Shown: positions 18,942 to 29,899, counted from the whole stretch's first letter. The stretch is 63,102 nucleotides of DNA, filler included, from a bacterium (GCA_027004335.1; 13 parts of 13 records of this genome joined end to end with filler, not necessarily neighbours in it), one strand, 5' to 3'. Translations and numbers: made by a program. The notes: a model not told the origin generated them from the letters alone.

Positions 18942-19148
18942 TCATATCGTTATATATCTCTTTCCTATGAAAGGAAATATTGTGAGAATGACTCCGAGTA
19001 TCACCACCCATACAGGGTTTTTTACAAAATATGGATATATAATGAGTACCACTCCTGTGAGCAAGAAGAGATAATTATTGATCTTTTTGCCATAGATCAC
19101 ATATGCAGTACCAATGAGATTGAAAAGAAGGAGTAAAAATATGTACAT
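18942..19148 (-). CDS. Small membrane protein (2-3 TM)
   Basis: 68 aa hydrophobic, IG.AY..YGKK and YPYFV motifs; last gene of the GMC operon. Confidence 0.65.
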   Translation of the reverse strand: MYIFLLLLFNLIGTAYVIYGKKINNYLFLLTGVVLIIYPYFVKNPVWVVILGVILTIFPFIGKRYITI

Positions 19149-19194
19149 CTCTTACCCTTTTTAATTTGAGACAGGTGTTGTCCGAAATTTGTTG

Positions 19195-20697
19195 TCAGAT
19201 TTTCTTAATTATCTGTTCACCAATATACCTGGCAAGAAGCATAACTGTTTCATATGGATTTACTTTTACCGATGTGGGGAAAAGTGAGGCATCTGCCACA
19301 AAGATATTATCAGTGCCCCACACACTTCCTTCTGGAGAAGCAACTGAGATGGCAGAATCATTTCCCATCCTTGCACCTCCCTGAGGATGAGCACTGGAGA
19401 GGGGATATTTCGCGAAATCAAAGCTGGATGGAAGGATATATTTTTCTAAATTTTCCATATCCTCCCTGGTGAGTGGATTTTTGTTGCTTCCGGGCAGGAG
19501 CATTTTTTCACAGCCAGCGGCAAAGAAGATCTGCCCTGCCCTTATAACAGCTTTTGTCAGAGAAACTTTTACATTATCATTTACCCTGTATCTGATGAGA
19601 GGGTTTCCATTTTTATCAATTTCAATTCTGTTATGTGTCTCTGCAGGATCATGGGAGAGTATAAGTATTGACATCATGTTATGGTATTTTTTCATAATTT
19701 CTTCATGCATCCTTCCGAAACCGGGATTATTTTTCGCCGTAACACCTGGAAAGTAGAAGGATGTTTCCAGGTAGTAACCCTCAGTATAGGAAAATTGATC
19801 CACATAGAAACTCTTGGGATGCCCCCTGTAGTTTTTTATTTTCTCCGGATAGATCCCATTCAGATTGTAGACGGGGTGTAGTGTCAGATACTTACCAATA
19901 TTTTTATTTTTTATTTCAAGGTGCTTTTTTGATCTCAGCAGGATGGCAGGGGTATTCAGGGCTCCTCCTGCAATAACAATTACTTCTCCTTTAACTTTAT
20001 GTTCTCCTTCAGGTAGGGTGTTCGGTTCTGTCCATGGCGGAGGGGGATTTACATGGAAATAAACTGTGTCACGATCTATGTAATCCACATAACTGTTGTA
20101 GATCAAATCTACTCCCCTTGAGATTGCTGAGGGAATCTGGACCACATGGGTTCCCTGTTTCGCACCTTCTGTACAACCAAGGTTGCAGAACCCCTGCCCC
20201 TTGCAGTCCCTTATGTTTATTCTCAGTCGTTTTACTTCAATACCGAGTTTTTCACATCCCTCTCTGAATAGCCTGTTGTTATCATTATCATACTCAGGGG
20301 GGATCTCATGAACATTTATCATCTTCTCCATCTCTGTTAGTCTGGAATTTACAAACTCATCTGTAAGAAAACTCAACCCGAATTTCTCTCTCCATTTTTT
20401 CATTACATCTACTGGTGGTCTAAAGGAAACGCCCGTATATACAACGGTACTTCCCCCCACTGCTTTTGCAGCTGCAACTCCTATATTCATCTCTTTTGAG
20501 AAAATTGCACCTCTGTTGAAGTAAAGCTTTGACATATCCTTTTCAGTTTGATTGAATTTTTCCCTCTTCCAGAGAGCTCCCCCTTCTATTAAAAGAATTG
20601 AGATTTTCTTTTCTGAGATAAATCTGCTGAGATACTCTGCTAATGTACCCCCTCCAGCGCCGCTACCGATTATTATGACATCGTACTTTTCTTTCAC
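19195..20697 (-). CDS. GMC family FAD oxidoreductase
   Basis: DVIIIGSGAGG, VGGST, CKGQGFCNLGC, AGGALNTPAILLRS, SAHPQG, VADASLFPT..VNP. Confidence 0.92.
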   Translation of the reverse strand: MKEKYDVIIIGSGAGGGTLAEYLSRFISEKKISILLIEGGALWKREKFNQTEKDMSKLYFNRGAIFSKEMNIGVAAAKAVGGSTVVYTGVSFRPPVDVMKKWREKFGLSFLTDEFVNSRLTEMEKMINVHEIPPEYDNDNNRLFREGCEKLGIEVKRLRINIRDCKGQGFCNLGCTEGAKQGTHVVQIPSAISRGVDLIYNSYVDYIDRDTVYFHVNPPPPWTEPNTLPEGEHKVKGEVIVIAGGALNTPAILLRSKKHLEIKNKNIGKYLTLHPVYNLNGIYPEKIKNYRGHPKSFYVDQFSYTEGYYLETSFYFPGVTAKNNPGFGRMHEEIMKKYHNMMSILILSHDPAETHNRIEIDKNGNPLIRYRVNDNVKVSLTKAVIRAGQIFFAAGCEKMLLPGSNKNPLTREDMENLEKYILPSSFDFAKYPLSSAHPQGGARMGNDSAISVASPEGSVWGTDNIFVADASLFPTSVKVNPYETVMLLARYIGEQIIKKI

Positions 20698-21083
20698 TTT
20701 AATTCTCGCTTTACTATTGGACCCTCATAATCAATTTCTTCCCAGCTTTCAGAAAGAGAGTAGTAGGAGATGAGGATCAGGGATCTCAGCCCCACAAAAC
20801 CTGCTGTTATCATTTTCACGGGAAAGTTCAGTAACCATTTGAAAAATTTCTCTTTCTCTTCGTAGGTGAATCCCTTCAAGGGGTGGAGATTTCTTCCAAA
20901 TGCTAACAGATGTATTACAGAAGTGAGGAGAGATAATTTTTTTCTGGTATCTTCATCCATGTCCTGGAGGAAATACTCAAAGTTGTCCAGAACTTTTTGA
21001 ATTAGTTTATCTTTCCCTTCTAGAGAGGGGAGAATTCCTGTGATTATGGGAACAAGCTTTGTATGAAATTTATTCTCACTCAT
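20694..21083 (-). CDS. Accessory subunit of the GMC oxidoreductase (gluconate-2-DH subunit 3-like helical protein)
   Basis: 4-nt overlap with the GMC gene; GF.GLRSL....YY...W..I.Y.GP C-terminus. Confidence 0.65.
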   Translation of the reverse strand: MSENKFHTKLVPIITGILPSLEGKDKLIQKVLDNFEYFLQDMDEDTRKKLSLLTSVIHLLAFGRNLHPLKGFTYEEKEKFFKWLLNFPVKMITAGFVGLRSLILISYYSLSESWEEIDYEGPIVKRELK

Positions 21084-21270
21084 GATTTTAATAATAATTA
21101 AAAACCCGCTTTAATGCAAGTTTTTTTATCTTTTTTAATGAAAACTTGACAAATAAATTTTTATATATAANNNNNNNNNNNNNNNNNNNNNNNNNNNNNN
21201 NNNNNNNNNNNNNNTTAATTAATTAANNNNNNNNNNNNNNNNNNNNNNNNNNNNNNNNNNNNNNNNNNNN

Positions 21271-21441
21271 CTCATATGAAGCTGTAATATCCAGAAATGT
21301 GATCTCATCTGCGTCCTCTTCATCGTACCGCATTGCGATTTCAACAGGATCCCCAGCATCCCTCAATCCCACAAAATTGATCCCCTTAACAACCCTGCCA
21401 TCTTTTACATCAAGACATGGTATTATCCTTTTAGCTAACAT
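21271..21441 (-). CDS. hisF: Imidazole glycerol phosphate synthase cyclase subunit (3' truncated)
   Basis: [20 protein letters not shown]...FLDITAS. Confidence 0.96.
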
Positions 21442-22171
21442 TTTTTGCTTCCTCTGCTACTTTAACAGCTTCCTTTAAATCAATAGAACCATCATAAATT
21501 GCCCTTCCAATAATCACCCCTTCAAGTTTTGGGTTATTTAAAGCAAGTAACTTTTTAATATCGTCTACAGTGGAAACACCCCCTGAAGCCACAACCGGAA
21601 AGGGGGATAATTCAAGAATCTTTTTAAGAGGCTCAATAGAAACACCCTCAAGAGTTCCATCTCTGGAAATATCTGTGAAAATTACATCCCTCACAGGATA
21701 ACCTCTATAAATATTTATCACTTCATCCATTGTAAAATCGGACAGTTCCCTCCAGCCCCTTAATGCCACCCTCTCCCCTGCCACATCCATACCAAGCATA
21801 ACCCTCTGAGGGAAAGCTTCTATAATTTCCCGGGCAGTGTTAATATCCTTAACAGCTATCGTCCCTATGACAATCCTTTCCACACCTATATTAAAGTACT
21901 TTTTTGCCCTGTTAATATCTCTTATACCTCCACCAACTTCAATTTTAATTTTACTATTTCTGATAAGATGTTCTATTATGGGTAAATTTACCGGGGCCCC
22001 ATCCTTTGCCCCATCTAAATCAACTACATGTACAAGATCCACACCCGCATCTTCAAATTTCCTCGTCATTTCAATGGGATCTGCTTTATATTCTGTAACC
22101 TGCCCATAATCCCCCTGATAGAGCCTTACAACCTTTCCCTGAAGAAGGTCAATGGATGGGTATATTTTCAT
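21431..22171 (-). CDS. hisA: ProFAR isomerase
   Basis: [39 protein letters not shown]. Confidence 0.96.
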   Translation of the reverse strand: MKIYPSIDLLQGKVVRLYQGDYGQVTEYKADPIEMTRKFEDAGVDLVHVVDLDGAKDGAPVNLPIIEHLIRNSKIKIEVGGGIRDINRAKKYFNIGVERIVIGTIAVKDINTAREIIEAFPQRVMLGMDVAGERVALRGWRELSDFTMDEVINIYRGYPVRDVIFTDISRDGTLEGVSIEPLKKILELSPFPVVASGGVSTVDDIKKLLALNNPKLEGVIIGRAIYDGSIDLKEAVKVAEEAKNVS

Positions 22172-22785
22172 CTAAGAGACCACCTGAAGAAGTTATTTAA
22201 AATCCTCAAACCAAGCCTGCCGCTTTTCTCAGGATGAAACTGCATTGCTACAATATTATCTCTTACAATTGCAGAGGTAAAATCCACTCCATAATCAGTG
22301 GTAGAAAAAATAAATTCCTTCTCCTCTGGTACCACATAGTATGAATGAACAAAATAGAAATAACTACCCGCTTCAATTCTATCAAATACGGGATGAGGCT
22401 TATCAAACCAGATCTGATTCCACCCCATATGCGGAATCTTATACTCATCAGGCAAATTAAACTTCACAACCCTACCCTTCATCCAGCCCAGTCCTTCAGT
22501 TTCTCTGAATTCTTCCCCAATTTCAAAAATCAACTGAAGCCCGAGGCATATACCCAAATAGGGCTCCTTTTTCTCAATCACCTCTTCCCCTAAAAAATCA
22601 ATAAATCCTCTTTCTCTGAGATTATGCATAGCATCTGGAAACGCACCAACCCCTGGAAGCACAATAGCATGTATGTCTTTAAAATCAGAAGGGGAACTTC
22701 CAACAATATTTTTTATTCCCAGATAATCAAAGGCCTTGGAAACACTTCCTATGTTTCCCATCCCGTAATCAATGATTCCGATCAT
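22168..22785 (-). CDS. hisH: IGP synthase glutamine amidotransferase subunit
   Basis: IIDYGMGN, LPGVG, GICLG, PHMGWN, YFVHSY, QFHPEKS. Confidence 0.97.
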   Translation of the reverse strand: MIGIIDYGMGNIGSVSKAFDYLGIKNIVGSSPSDFKDIHAIVLPGVGAFPDAMHNLRERGFIDFLGEEVIEKKEPYLGICLGLQLIFEIGEEFRETEGLGWMKGRVVKFNLPDEYKIPHMGWNQIWFDKPHPVFDRIEAGSYFYFVHSYYVVPEEKEFIFSTTDYGVDFTSAIVRDNIVAMQFHPEKSGRLGLRILNNFFRWSLR

Positions 22786-23369
22786 GTTTCAATTACACCT
22801 TTACTGCTTGGTATATCCTCTCCTGTTATCCTCACAGCCTCTTTCATGGCACGGGCAAAAGCCTTGAAAATAGCCTCAATGGAATGATGTGTGTTCCCAC
22901 CCTTGAGGAGATCAATGTGGAGGTTGCACTTCAGGTGATTCGAAAAAGCTCTGAAAAACTCTTCCACAAGCTCCACATCAAAATCACCCACCTTGGGGGA
23001 GAAAAAATCTGCATTGAACCCTAAAAAGGGTCTGCCCCCTAAATCCACCACCACCCGGGCAAGGGTCTCATCCATGGGAAGAATAAAAAAACCATACCTG
23101 TTAATTCCCTTTCTATCACTAAGAGCGCTGTTTATCACCTCTCCAAGAGTGATCCCGACATCCTCAACAGTGTGGTGAAAATCCACCTCCACATCTCCTC
23201 TTGCAAAAACTTCCAGATCAAAATTTCCATGTTTTGCAAAGAGTTCAAGCATATGATTGAGAAACCCCACAGGCGTTTCAATCTGGGAAAACCCCTCTCC
23301 ATCAAGATTAATGCTTACCTCAATGGCAGTTTCACCTGTTTCCCTTCTTAAATTTGCACTTCTACCCAT
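22782..23369 (-). CDS. hisB: Imidazoleglycerol-phosphate dehydratase
   Basis: R.T.ET, HH.VED, PMDE, N.HH.IEA.FKA, PSSKG. Confidence 0.97.
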   Translation of the reverse strand: MGRSANLRRETGETAIEVSINLDGEGFSQIETPVGFLNHMLELFAKHGNFDLEVFARGDVEVDFHHTVEDVGITLGEVINSALSDRKGINRYGFFILPMDETLARVVVDLGGRPFLGFNADFFSPKVGDFDVELVEEFFRAFSNHLKCNLHIDLLKGGNTHHSIEAIFKAFARAMKEAVRITGEDIPSSKGVIET

Positions 23370-23393
23370 TTTATACACCCTTATTTTCTTTAA

Positions 23394-23421
23394 ATTCTAA
23401 CAGAAATAAGGCGGATGTCAA
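23394..23421 (-). promoter_or_regulatory. Sigma70 promoter of hisBHAF
   Basis: TTGACA-N16-TAGAAT with extended -10 TG. Confidence 0.65.
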
Positions 23422-23872
23422 AGGGAAAGAGGGAGAAAAATAGAAAAGATTTTGCAAGGGTAAAAACTGATTTTATCCCTATGAAATCTCTTCCATCAAT
23501 TCCACTTTCTGAGATGATGCAATAATGATAATCTTCTTCAATTCCGGTATCTGCTCAGGATNNNNNNNNNNNNNNNNNNNNNNNNNNNNNNNNNNNNNNN
23601 NNNNNTTAATTAATTAANNNNNNNNNNNNNNNNNNNNNNNNNNNNNNNNNNNNNNNNNNNNGGGGGCCTCCCATGAGGTTCTTATCAAGGTCTGAAATAA
23701 TAATTTTTGAGTTAATCCCCCAAAAAGGTAAAATAGAGGATAATGGCTGAAAATATAATAAAAATAGAAAATCCATGAAAACGGCGTGCTGAAAAAGGGG
23801 GTAATTAAACAAACATCGTAGTTTGACAATCTTAGAATTATCCCTTATATTAAATACATCAAAGGGGAAATT

Positions 23873-25324
23873 ATGAATGCGAGAAAGTTAAAAGATAAGG
23901 GTTACGATGCGTTTTTAAAAAAGAAGTATGATAAGGCACTTCAGTACTTTTCAGAAGCTGCTAAACTTGACTCCAAGGACCTAAATATTCAGCAGAAGAT
24001 AGCAGAAACTCTTTTGAGATTGGGAAAAAAAAGTGAGGCGCTAAAAGTCTACAAAAAATTAGCCTCAGTATTTGCTCAAAAAGGGTTTTTGATGAAGGCT
24101 ATCGGTGTATATAAGCTCATTTTAGACATAGAACCTGAAGCGGAGGATGTGAAAGAACTCCTGACAAAACTCTACGCTGAAAGAGGAGTTGGTGAAGAAA
24201 CAAAAATTGAGGTCTCTCCCTCTACCCTCATAGACAAGATAAAGAGAAGAAAAGAGGAAGTAGAAGAAAAAATTTCTGAGGAAAAAGAAAAAGTTGAAGA
24301 GGAAATGAAAATAGAGGAAGAAATGCCGATGGAGGAGGAAACCTCTGGGGGAGTAGTTCCAGAGGAAGAGCTTGAGGTTGAGATAGAGGAGGAAGGAGAA
24401 GATAATATTGAACTATCTGAGGATATAACTCAGTGGATTAACAATCTTGAAACAGAGGAAGAAGAGGAGGATCTTGACGGACTTGCGGAAAAACTACCTT
24501 CATTCCCAATTTTTTCCCAGTGCTCAAAGGAATGCTTCTCTGACATAATTGATGGAATAGCTTTAATAGACTATGCTCCCGATGATATCATAATTGAAGA
24601 GGGAGATTCAGGGAAAAGTTTTTACATAATTGTTGAAGGGGAAGTTAAAGTCACAAAGAAAACAGATGAGGGTGAAATTGAGCTGGCGAGATTGGGGGAG
24701 GGTTCCTTTTTCGGAGAATTTGCCTTCCTAACAGGAGCTAAAAGAAGTGCATCAGTAATTGCTGCAACTCCTACAAGAGTGCTGGAATTCTCAGAGGATA
24801 TGCTGGAGCAACTTCTACGGAAACATCCTGATATTGCTTCCATTCTTGTTGAATTTTATAAAAAAAGAATTCTTGATACGATGCTTGCCATCTCACCATT
24901 TTTCAAGGGGTTTGACCCTTCTGACAGGAAAAAAGTTCTTGAAATGTTTGAATTTTACGAGATACCAGAAAATACAATAGTAATCAGAGAAGATTCTGAG
25001 GGAGATGGCTTATATATCATAATGTTTGGAAAAGTTAAGGTAACAAAACGAGACGAGAAGGAAGTGATTCACCAGGTTGCAGTCTTAAAAGAAGGAGATT
25101 TTTTTGGAGAGATTTCACTCTTAACTCATGGCCCCACGACAGCATCTGTAACTACATTGGAAAGAACAGGAGTTTTTAAACTTCCCGCTCATAAGTTTCA
25201 GGAAATGATAATGATATTTCCCCAGATATTAGAGATTACATATCAATACAAAGAAAAAAGGGAAGAGGAACTAAGAAAACTCTTTGCCGATCCTGAATCC
25301 ATAACCAGAATGGGGATTGTGTGA
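23873..25324 (+). CDS. TPR + acidic linker + two cyclic-nucleotide-binding domains
   Basis: N-terminal TPR helices; E-rich linker; cNMP cassettes FFGEFAFLTGAKRSASV and FFGEISLLTHGPTTASV. Confidence 0.88.
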   Translation: MNARKLKDKGYDAFLKKKYDKALQYFSEAAKLDSKDLNIQQKIAETLLRLGKKSEALKVYKKLASVFAQKGFLMKAIGVYKLILDIEPEAEDVKELLTKLYAERGVGEETKIEVSPSTLIDKIKRRKEEVEEKISEEKEKVEEEMKIEEEMPMEEETSGGVVPEEELEVEIEEEGEDNIELSEDITQWINNLETEEEEEDLDGLAEKLPSFPIFSQCSKECFSDIIDGIALIDYAPDDIIIEEGDSGKSFYIIVEGEVKVTKKTDEGEIELARLGEGSFFGEFAFLTGAKRSASVIAATPTRVLEFSEDMLEQLLRKHPDIASILVEFYKKRILDTMLAISPFFKGFDPSDRKKVLEMFEFYEIPENTIVIREDSEGDGLYIIMFGKVKVTKRDEKEVIHQVAVLKEGDFFGEISLLTHGPTTASVTTLERTGVFKLPAHKFQEMIMIFPQILEITYQYKEKREEELRKLFADPESITRMGIV

Positions 25325-25941
25325 AAGTAAGTGAAATAACTGGTTCAAGATTATTCAAAGCTTTTTTAATATATCTTTCGCTCTTTTTGATTATATCATA
25401 TTTAATTTTTATTTTTGAAGCGTCAGCAGGCAATAAGGACTTTTCCTCATTACTAAAAACCTTCTGGTGGTCTATTGTAACTGCAACAACTGTGGGATAC
25501 GGGGATACTGTTCCTTTAACCTCTGCGGGGAGAACCCTTGCATCTTTACTGATGATAATAAGCCTGTTGTTTATGTCCGCAGTAACTGCTACGGTGGCAT
25601 CCAAGTTTGTTGAAGAAAAAATTCTTGAAGAAAGAGGATTAAAATCTTTCAAGGACACAGGACATATAATCGTATGTGGATGGAATAAGTTTGGTTTAAC
25701 ACTTCTAAAATCAATAATTAGAGAAAACCTTTCTTCAACACCTGTCTTTTATCTTATTAATGAACTTTCTCATGAGGAGATTGATTCAATCAGATATGAA
25801 CTTCAGGGTACCACTATAAAATTTATAAAGGGAAATTTCGTAAATGAGGGGGTCCTGCATAGGGCAAGCCCTTCAAAGGCCTCAAGAATACTTATATTAT
25901 CAGACACATCCCATGAGGGTAGCTATAGCAAGGCAGATGAA
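25321..25941 (+). CDS. 2-TM potassium channel with RCK/TrkA-N domain (MthK-like), 3' truncated
   Basis: Selectivity filter TTVGYGD; HIIVCGWN RCK start. Confidence 0.92.
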
Positions 25942-26041
25942 NNNNNNNNNNNNNNNNNNNNNNNNNNNNNNNNNNNNNNNNNNNNTTAATTAATTAANNN
26001 NNNNNNNNNNNNNNNNNNNNNNNNNNNNNNNNNNNNNNNNN

Positions 26042-26387
26042 TGAAATAGAGGGCTTCAGATTGTACATGGAGGTAGCAGAGAGGGAGGATCTCCAGCATC
26101 TTATTGAGAAAGAAGGCGTAGCTGGTCTCTTTGAAAAGTACCTTCCCTATGCTATAGCCCTTGATGTGGAAAAGAAGTGGAGTGAGAAATTTTCTTCTCT
26201 CCTCCTCTCCGCAGAAGAGGGATACTCTCCCTCCTGGTATTCAGGAACTACCCCCTTTGCCTCATCTGTTTTTGCCTCCTCTATTACTACAGGAATGATG
26301 TCAAGTTTGAATTCTGCGGCGACCAGTAGTGGTAGTTCAGCTTCTGGTGGTGGCTTCTCAGGTGGGGGAGGAGGCGGTGGCTGGTAA
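26042..26387 (+). CDS. DUF2207 family membrane protein, C-terminal fragment
   Basis: GF.LY...AE, FEKYLPYAIAL.V.KKW, PSWY, Gly-rich tail ending GGGW. Confidence 0.8.
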
Positions 26388-26390
26388 AGC

Positions 26391-27542
26391 TTACCCGATC
26401 CCCCCCCTTCTAAGCAGTTCTTTGTAGATCACGAATCTCTGAATCTCACTGGTGCCTGCGCCAATTTCCATTAGTTTAGCGTCTCTTGCCAATCTTTCCA
26501 CCGGGAAATCCCTTGTATATCCGTATCCCCCCAGTATTTGAACCGCGTTTAACGCTGCGGTGGTTGCTGCTTCTGAAGCAAAGACCTTGGCCATGGCTGC
26601 TTCCATGTTTGCCTTTTCACCGTTTAATGCCTTGAATGCAGCGGTATATACCAGATTCCTGGCAGCGTTGTAAAGGATGGTCATATTTGCAATCTTTTCT
26701 TGGATCATCTGGAAATTGCCTATAGGCTGTCCAAATTGCTTTCTCTCCTGTGCATATCTCAGACTGATCTCAAGGGACTCTCTTATAATTCCAAGAGAAA
26801 TACCTGATAAAGTTATTCTTTCTATATCAAGGTTCTGAAGCATTGCATATAATCCTCCGTCCTCTTCCCCCATTAAATTCTCCGCAGGTACGATGCAATC
26901 TTCAAAGTATATTTCTGAAGTGGGAGAACTTCTCATCCCCATCTTCTTGAGTTTTTTTCCCACATGGAAGCCCGGGAAATTTTTTTCAACGATGAAGATG
27001 CTTATACCCCGTTTACCCTTTTCCGGGGATGTTTTTGCATACACAACAAAGATGTCTGCTACGGGTCCATTTGTGATGAAAGTTTTTGTTCCGTTCAGGA
27101 TGTAATGATCACCTTCTTTGACTGCAGTGGTTTTTATGCTTAATGCGTCCGATCCTGCCTCTGGTTCAGTTAGAGCCATGGCACCTATTTTCCTACCCGA
27201 GGCAAGATCGGGAAGATATTTTTTCTTCTGCTCATTTCTGGCGTGTATTAGTATATTATTGGCGCATAAGATTGTATGATCTCCATAAGATAGGGCGAGT
27301 GCAGGATCCACAGCCCCTAACTCTTCCATCACTATGGTAGCTCCGATAATATCACTTCCTGCTCCACCATACTCCTCTGGAACAGTAATTCCAAGAAGAC
27401 CTAACTCTGCTAATTTCTGGAAACCTTCTTTGTTGAACTCTTCCTTTTCATCGTAGATAGGTGCCAGTGGAGCTAACTCCTCCCTGGCAAGCTTCCTCAC
27501 ATTTTCACGAATCATACTCTGTACATCGGAAAATTTAAACAT
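26391..27542 (-). CDS. Acyl-CoA dehydrogenase (isovaleryl-CoA dehydrogenase-like)
   Basis: [56 protein letters not shown]. Confidence 0.9.
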   Translation of the reverse strand: MFKFSDVQSMIRENVRKLAREELAPLAPIYDEKEEFNKEGFQKLAELGLLGITVPEEYGGAGSDIIGATIVMEELGAVDPALALSYGDHTILCANNILIHARNEQKKKYLPDLASGRKIGAMALTEPEAGSDALSIKTTAVKEGDHYILNGTKTFITNGPVADIFVVYAKTSPEKGKRGISIFIVEKNFPGFHVGKKLKKMGMRSSPTSEIYFEDCIVPAENLMGEEDGGLYAMLQNLDIERITLSGISLGIIRESLEISLRYAQERKQFGQPIGNFQMIQEKIANMTILYNAARNLVYTAAFKALNGEKANMEAAMAKVFASEAATTAALNAVQILGGYGYTRDFPVERLARDAKLMEIGAGTSEIQRFVIYKELLRRGGIG

Positions 27543-27573
27543 TTTCTACTCCCGGATTGAATTTTACAGTATT

Positions 27574-29082
27574 TTAGCATGAAGAATTTCTGTGTGGCAA
27601 GTTAATATGGAAAGTAGTTCCTACCTGGGAGGAAGACTCTGCAGAGATTTTGCCCTGGAGCTGATCTATAATTATTGATGATACATAAAGCCCAAGACCT
27701 GTACCTTTCCCTGGTTCTTTTGTGGTGTAGAATGGAAGAAAGATTTTTTTGATGTTTTCATTCTCGATTCCGATTCCATTATCGGAGATGGATATTAAGA
27801 CTTTTTCATTTTCCTTTTTCGCCGAGAGCTTGATTTTTCCTCCAGGGGAAGCACCAAATTTTTCCCTTATTGCGTCTGCAGCATTTATCAGCAGGTTTAG
27901 AATTACCTGAAGAAGTCTTTCCCCATCTGTGCAGAGAGTTACATTTTCAGCTTTAATTTCAAGTTCAATGTTTTTAAGTTTCCCCTGGACATTAAGAATC
28001 TCTGTTGCTCTGTTTATGATTTCCTTAAGCTCTGTTTTTTTTAGATGCCCTTTTGATGGTCTTGAGAAATTGAGGAGGGTTTTGATGAGATTGTTAATCC
28101 TCTCACCTTCGGAGAGAATTCTTTTGACAAAATCCCTATCTTCCTCTGATAAGGTTCCTGTTTTGAGCATAATCTGCGCAAGCCCAATTATAGAGGTTAT
28201 AGGGTTACCAACCTCGTGGGCGAGTCCTGAGGTCATCTGACCAATTAGGGCTAACTTTTCGCTTCTAATTATCTCCTCCTGCATCTCTTTCAATTTTGAA
28301 TATGCTTCGTTTAATTCCTTTATCTGATCAAGGATAGTTTCTCTATCCTCCTTAAGCTTTTCAGACATTTCATACATTGACTCTGAGAGTAGTCCAAATT
28401 CATCTCCAGAGGGATAGGGTTTTCTGGTGAGAAATTCACCCCTCCCCACTTTATCAGAAGCTTCTGTTAGTTTCTGGATAGGGAGAATAACTTTTTTACC
28501 AGTTACCCAGAGCAGTAGAGCTATAATAAGGATGGTGGTACTCAGGATGTAGAAGAAGATTATTTTAAGGATCCTTCCGGTCACCATGTTTAGCCATTTC
28601 AGATTATATCTTATGAGTAGTTTTAGATTTCCTCTCCCATTCCAGAAGAAATCTGCCCAGTAATATCTGGAGAGGGTAAAGGTTCTCCGGGAAAAATAGA
28701 TTTTTTTTGAGAGCTTCTCCTTTTCTGAAGCAAGGAAATATTCCACTTCTTTTTTATAATTGGGAATTTTTCCATAAATAAAAACAGGTTCCCACCTGTA
28801 AAAAACAACTATTCCAAGCAGGATGCCGCTTTTTTTCAGAGGATCTACTATCCATCTTGAGAGTGTTTCAATATCTATCTCTTTGCTTTTCTCGGTAGAA
28901 TTTTCAAGATAGTTCACCGTGGCTTCGGTGAAAGCCTGAAGATTTACCATTTGTGATTTCAGAACTTCAGTTTCAACGATTTTAATTACACTCCAGCTTA
29001 TCAGAAGGACCATCAGAAGCAGAAGGAGCATATACCAGCTTATAAGGTTGAAAGAGAGTGAGCGAAATAATTTGGGTTTCAT
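27574..29082 (-). CDS. HAMP-domain sensor histidine kinase (PilS2-like position)
   Basis: 2 TM + HAMP; GLAHEVGNP, NLLINA, DNGIG, PFYTTK.PGKGTGLGL. Confidence 0.9.
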   Translation of the reverse strand: MKPKLFRSLSFNLISWYMLLLLLMVLLISWSVIKIVETEVLKSQMVNLQAFTEATVNYLENSTEKSKEIDIETLSRWIVDPLKKSGILLGIVVFYRWEPVFIYGKIPNYKKEVEYFLASEKEKLSKKIYFSRRTFTLSRYYWADFFWNGRGNLKLLIRYNLKWLNMVTGRILKIIFFYILSTTILIIALLLWVTGKKVILPIQKLTEASDKVGRGEFLTRKPYPSGDEFGLLSESMYEMSEKLKEDRETILDQIKELNEAYSKLKEMQEEIIRSEKLALIGQMTSGLAHEVGNPITSIIGLAQIMLKTGTLSEEDRDFVKRILSEGERINNLIKTLLNFSRPSKGHLKKTELKEIINRATEILNVQGKLKNIELEIKAENVTLCTDGERLLQVILNLLINAADAIREKFGASPGGKIKLSAKKENEKVLISISDNGIGIENENIKKIFLPFYTTKEPGKGTGLGLYVSSIIIDQLQGKISAESSSQVGTTFHINLPHRNSSC

Positions 29083-29086
29083 ACTC

Positions 29087-29899
29087 TTATATTAACAGTA
29101 ATTGTACAAGATTGTCCACTCCGATCAGGTATGTAATTATTGCGGCTACCGCAATAAAGGGGCCAAAGGGGATGTACCTTTTTTCACGGAGTTCTTCTTC
29201 ATCAACTTTTTTCCCGGTAAGAAGTACCAGGGGATATCCAACTATGATTCCGAGAATTGATCCAATTATCATTGTGAAAAGCACACCGTAAAGCCCCATG
29301 AATGTACCTGTAATGGCAAAAAGCTTTATATCGCCACCTCCTAAGGCAGGTTGCTCCATCTTTTTTATTTTTTCAAAAGTGATTGCGATTATCAGTGGTA
29401 ACCCACCACCAAATAGAAGACCTATGATGCCATCCAGAATTTTTACAGGAAGCAGTTGGAGAAAGAGAAGAACAAGCCCGATCACCAGAAGTGAGTAGGA
29501 AATTGTATCTGGGATCGTGAAAGTATCCCAGTCTATGAACGAAATTACCAGAAGGCAACCGGAGAGGAAAAAGTAGATAAAGTACTCAAGTATAGATGAG
29601 GCTCTCCAGAGCACAAGAATTGAAATTAACCCTGTTAATGCTTCTACCAGAGGGTATCTTGGAGAGATTTTTGTTCCACAGTATCTGCATCTTCCTCTGA
29701 GCATTATGTAGCTTATTACTGGTATATTATCATACCATTTGAGCTTATGGCCACACACAGGGCAGTGACTGGGGGGGTAAGCTATTGAAATCTTGTTAGG
29801 GATTCTGTAAATACAGACATTGTAAAAGCTCCCCCAGATCGTTCCCCAGATGAAGGCAAGAAAATAGAGGAGCCAGTCAGGAATATTGTAGATATACAT
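29087..29899 (-). CDS. pilD: Prepilin peptidase / N-methyltransferase
   Basis: GSF.NVCIYRIP, SHCP.C, RGRCRYC, IDWD, GGGD.KL, IPFGPF. Confidence 0.96.
   Translation of the reverse strand: MYIYNIPDWLLYFLAFIWGTIWGSFYNVCIYRIPNKISIAYPPSHCPVCGHKLKWYDNIPVISYIMLRGRCRYCGTKISPRYPLVEALTGLISILVLWRASSILEYFIYFFLSGCLLVISFIDWDTFTIPDTISYSLLVIGLVLLFLQLLPVKILDGIIGLLFGGGLPLIIAITFEKIKKMEQPALGGGDIKLFAITGTFMGLYGVLFTMIIGSILGIIVGYPLVLLTGKKVDEEELREKRYIPFGPFIAVAAIITYLIGVDNLVQLLLI

Noticed and set aside
18889..19074. 61-aa + strand ORF MGCCGFPGGW...
   Set aside because: No SD, runs through a terminator-like hairpin and antisense to a better-supported gene
23379..23561. Possible his attenuator or leader peptide
   Set aside because: No His-rich leader or hairpins; the promoter sits about 25 nt from hisB, and the rest is the 3' end of an upstream CDS
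23662..23829. Short minus-strand ORFs at a contig edge
   Set aside because: Several frames open, no motif or SD; cannot choose a real gene
24240..24480. Purine-rich GAA/GAG low-complexity tract
   Set aside because: Encodes the Glu-rich linker of the TPR-cNMP protein; not a DNA repeat element
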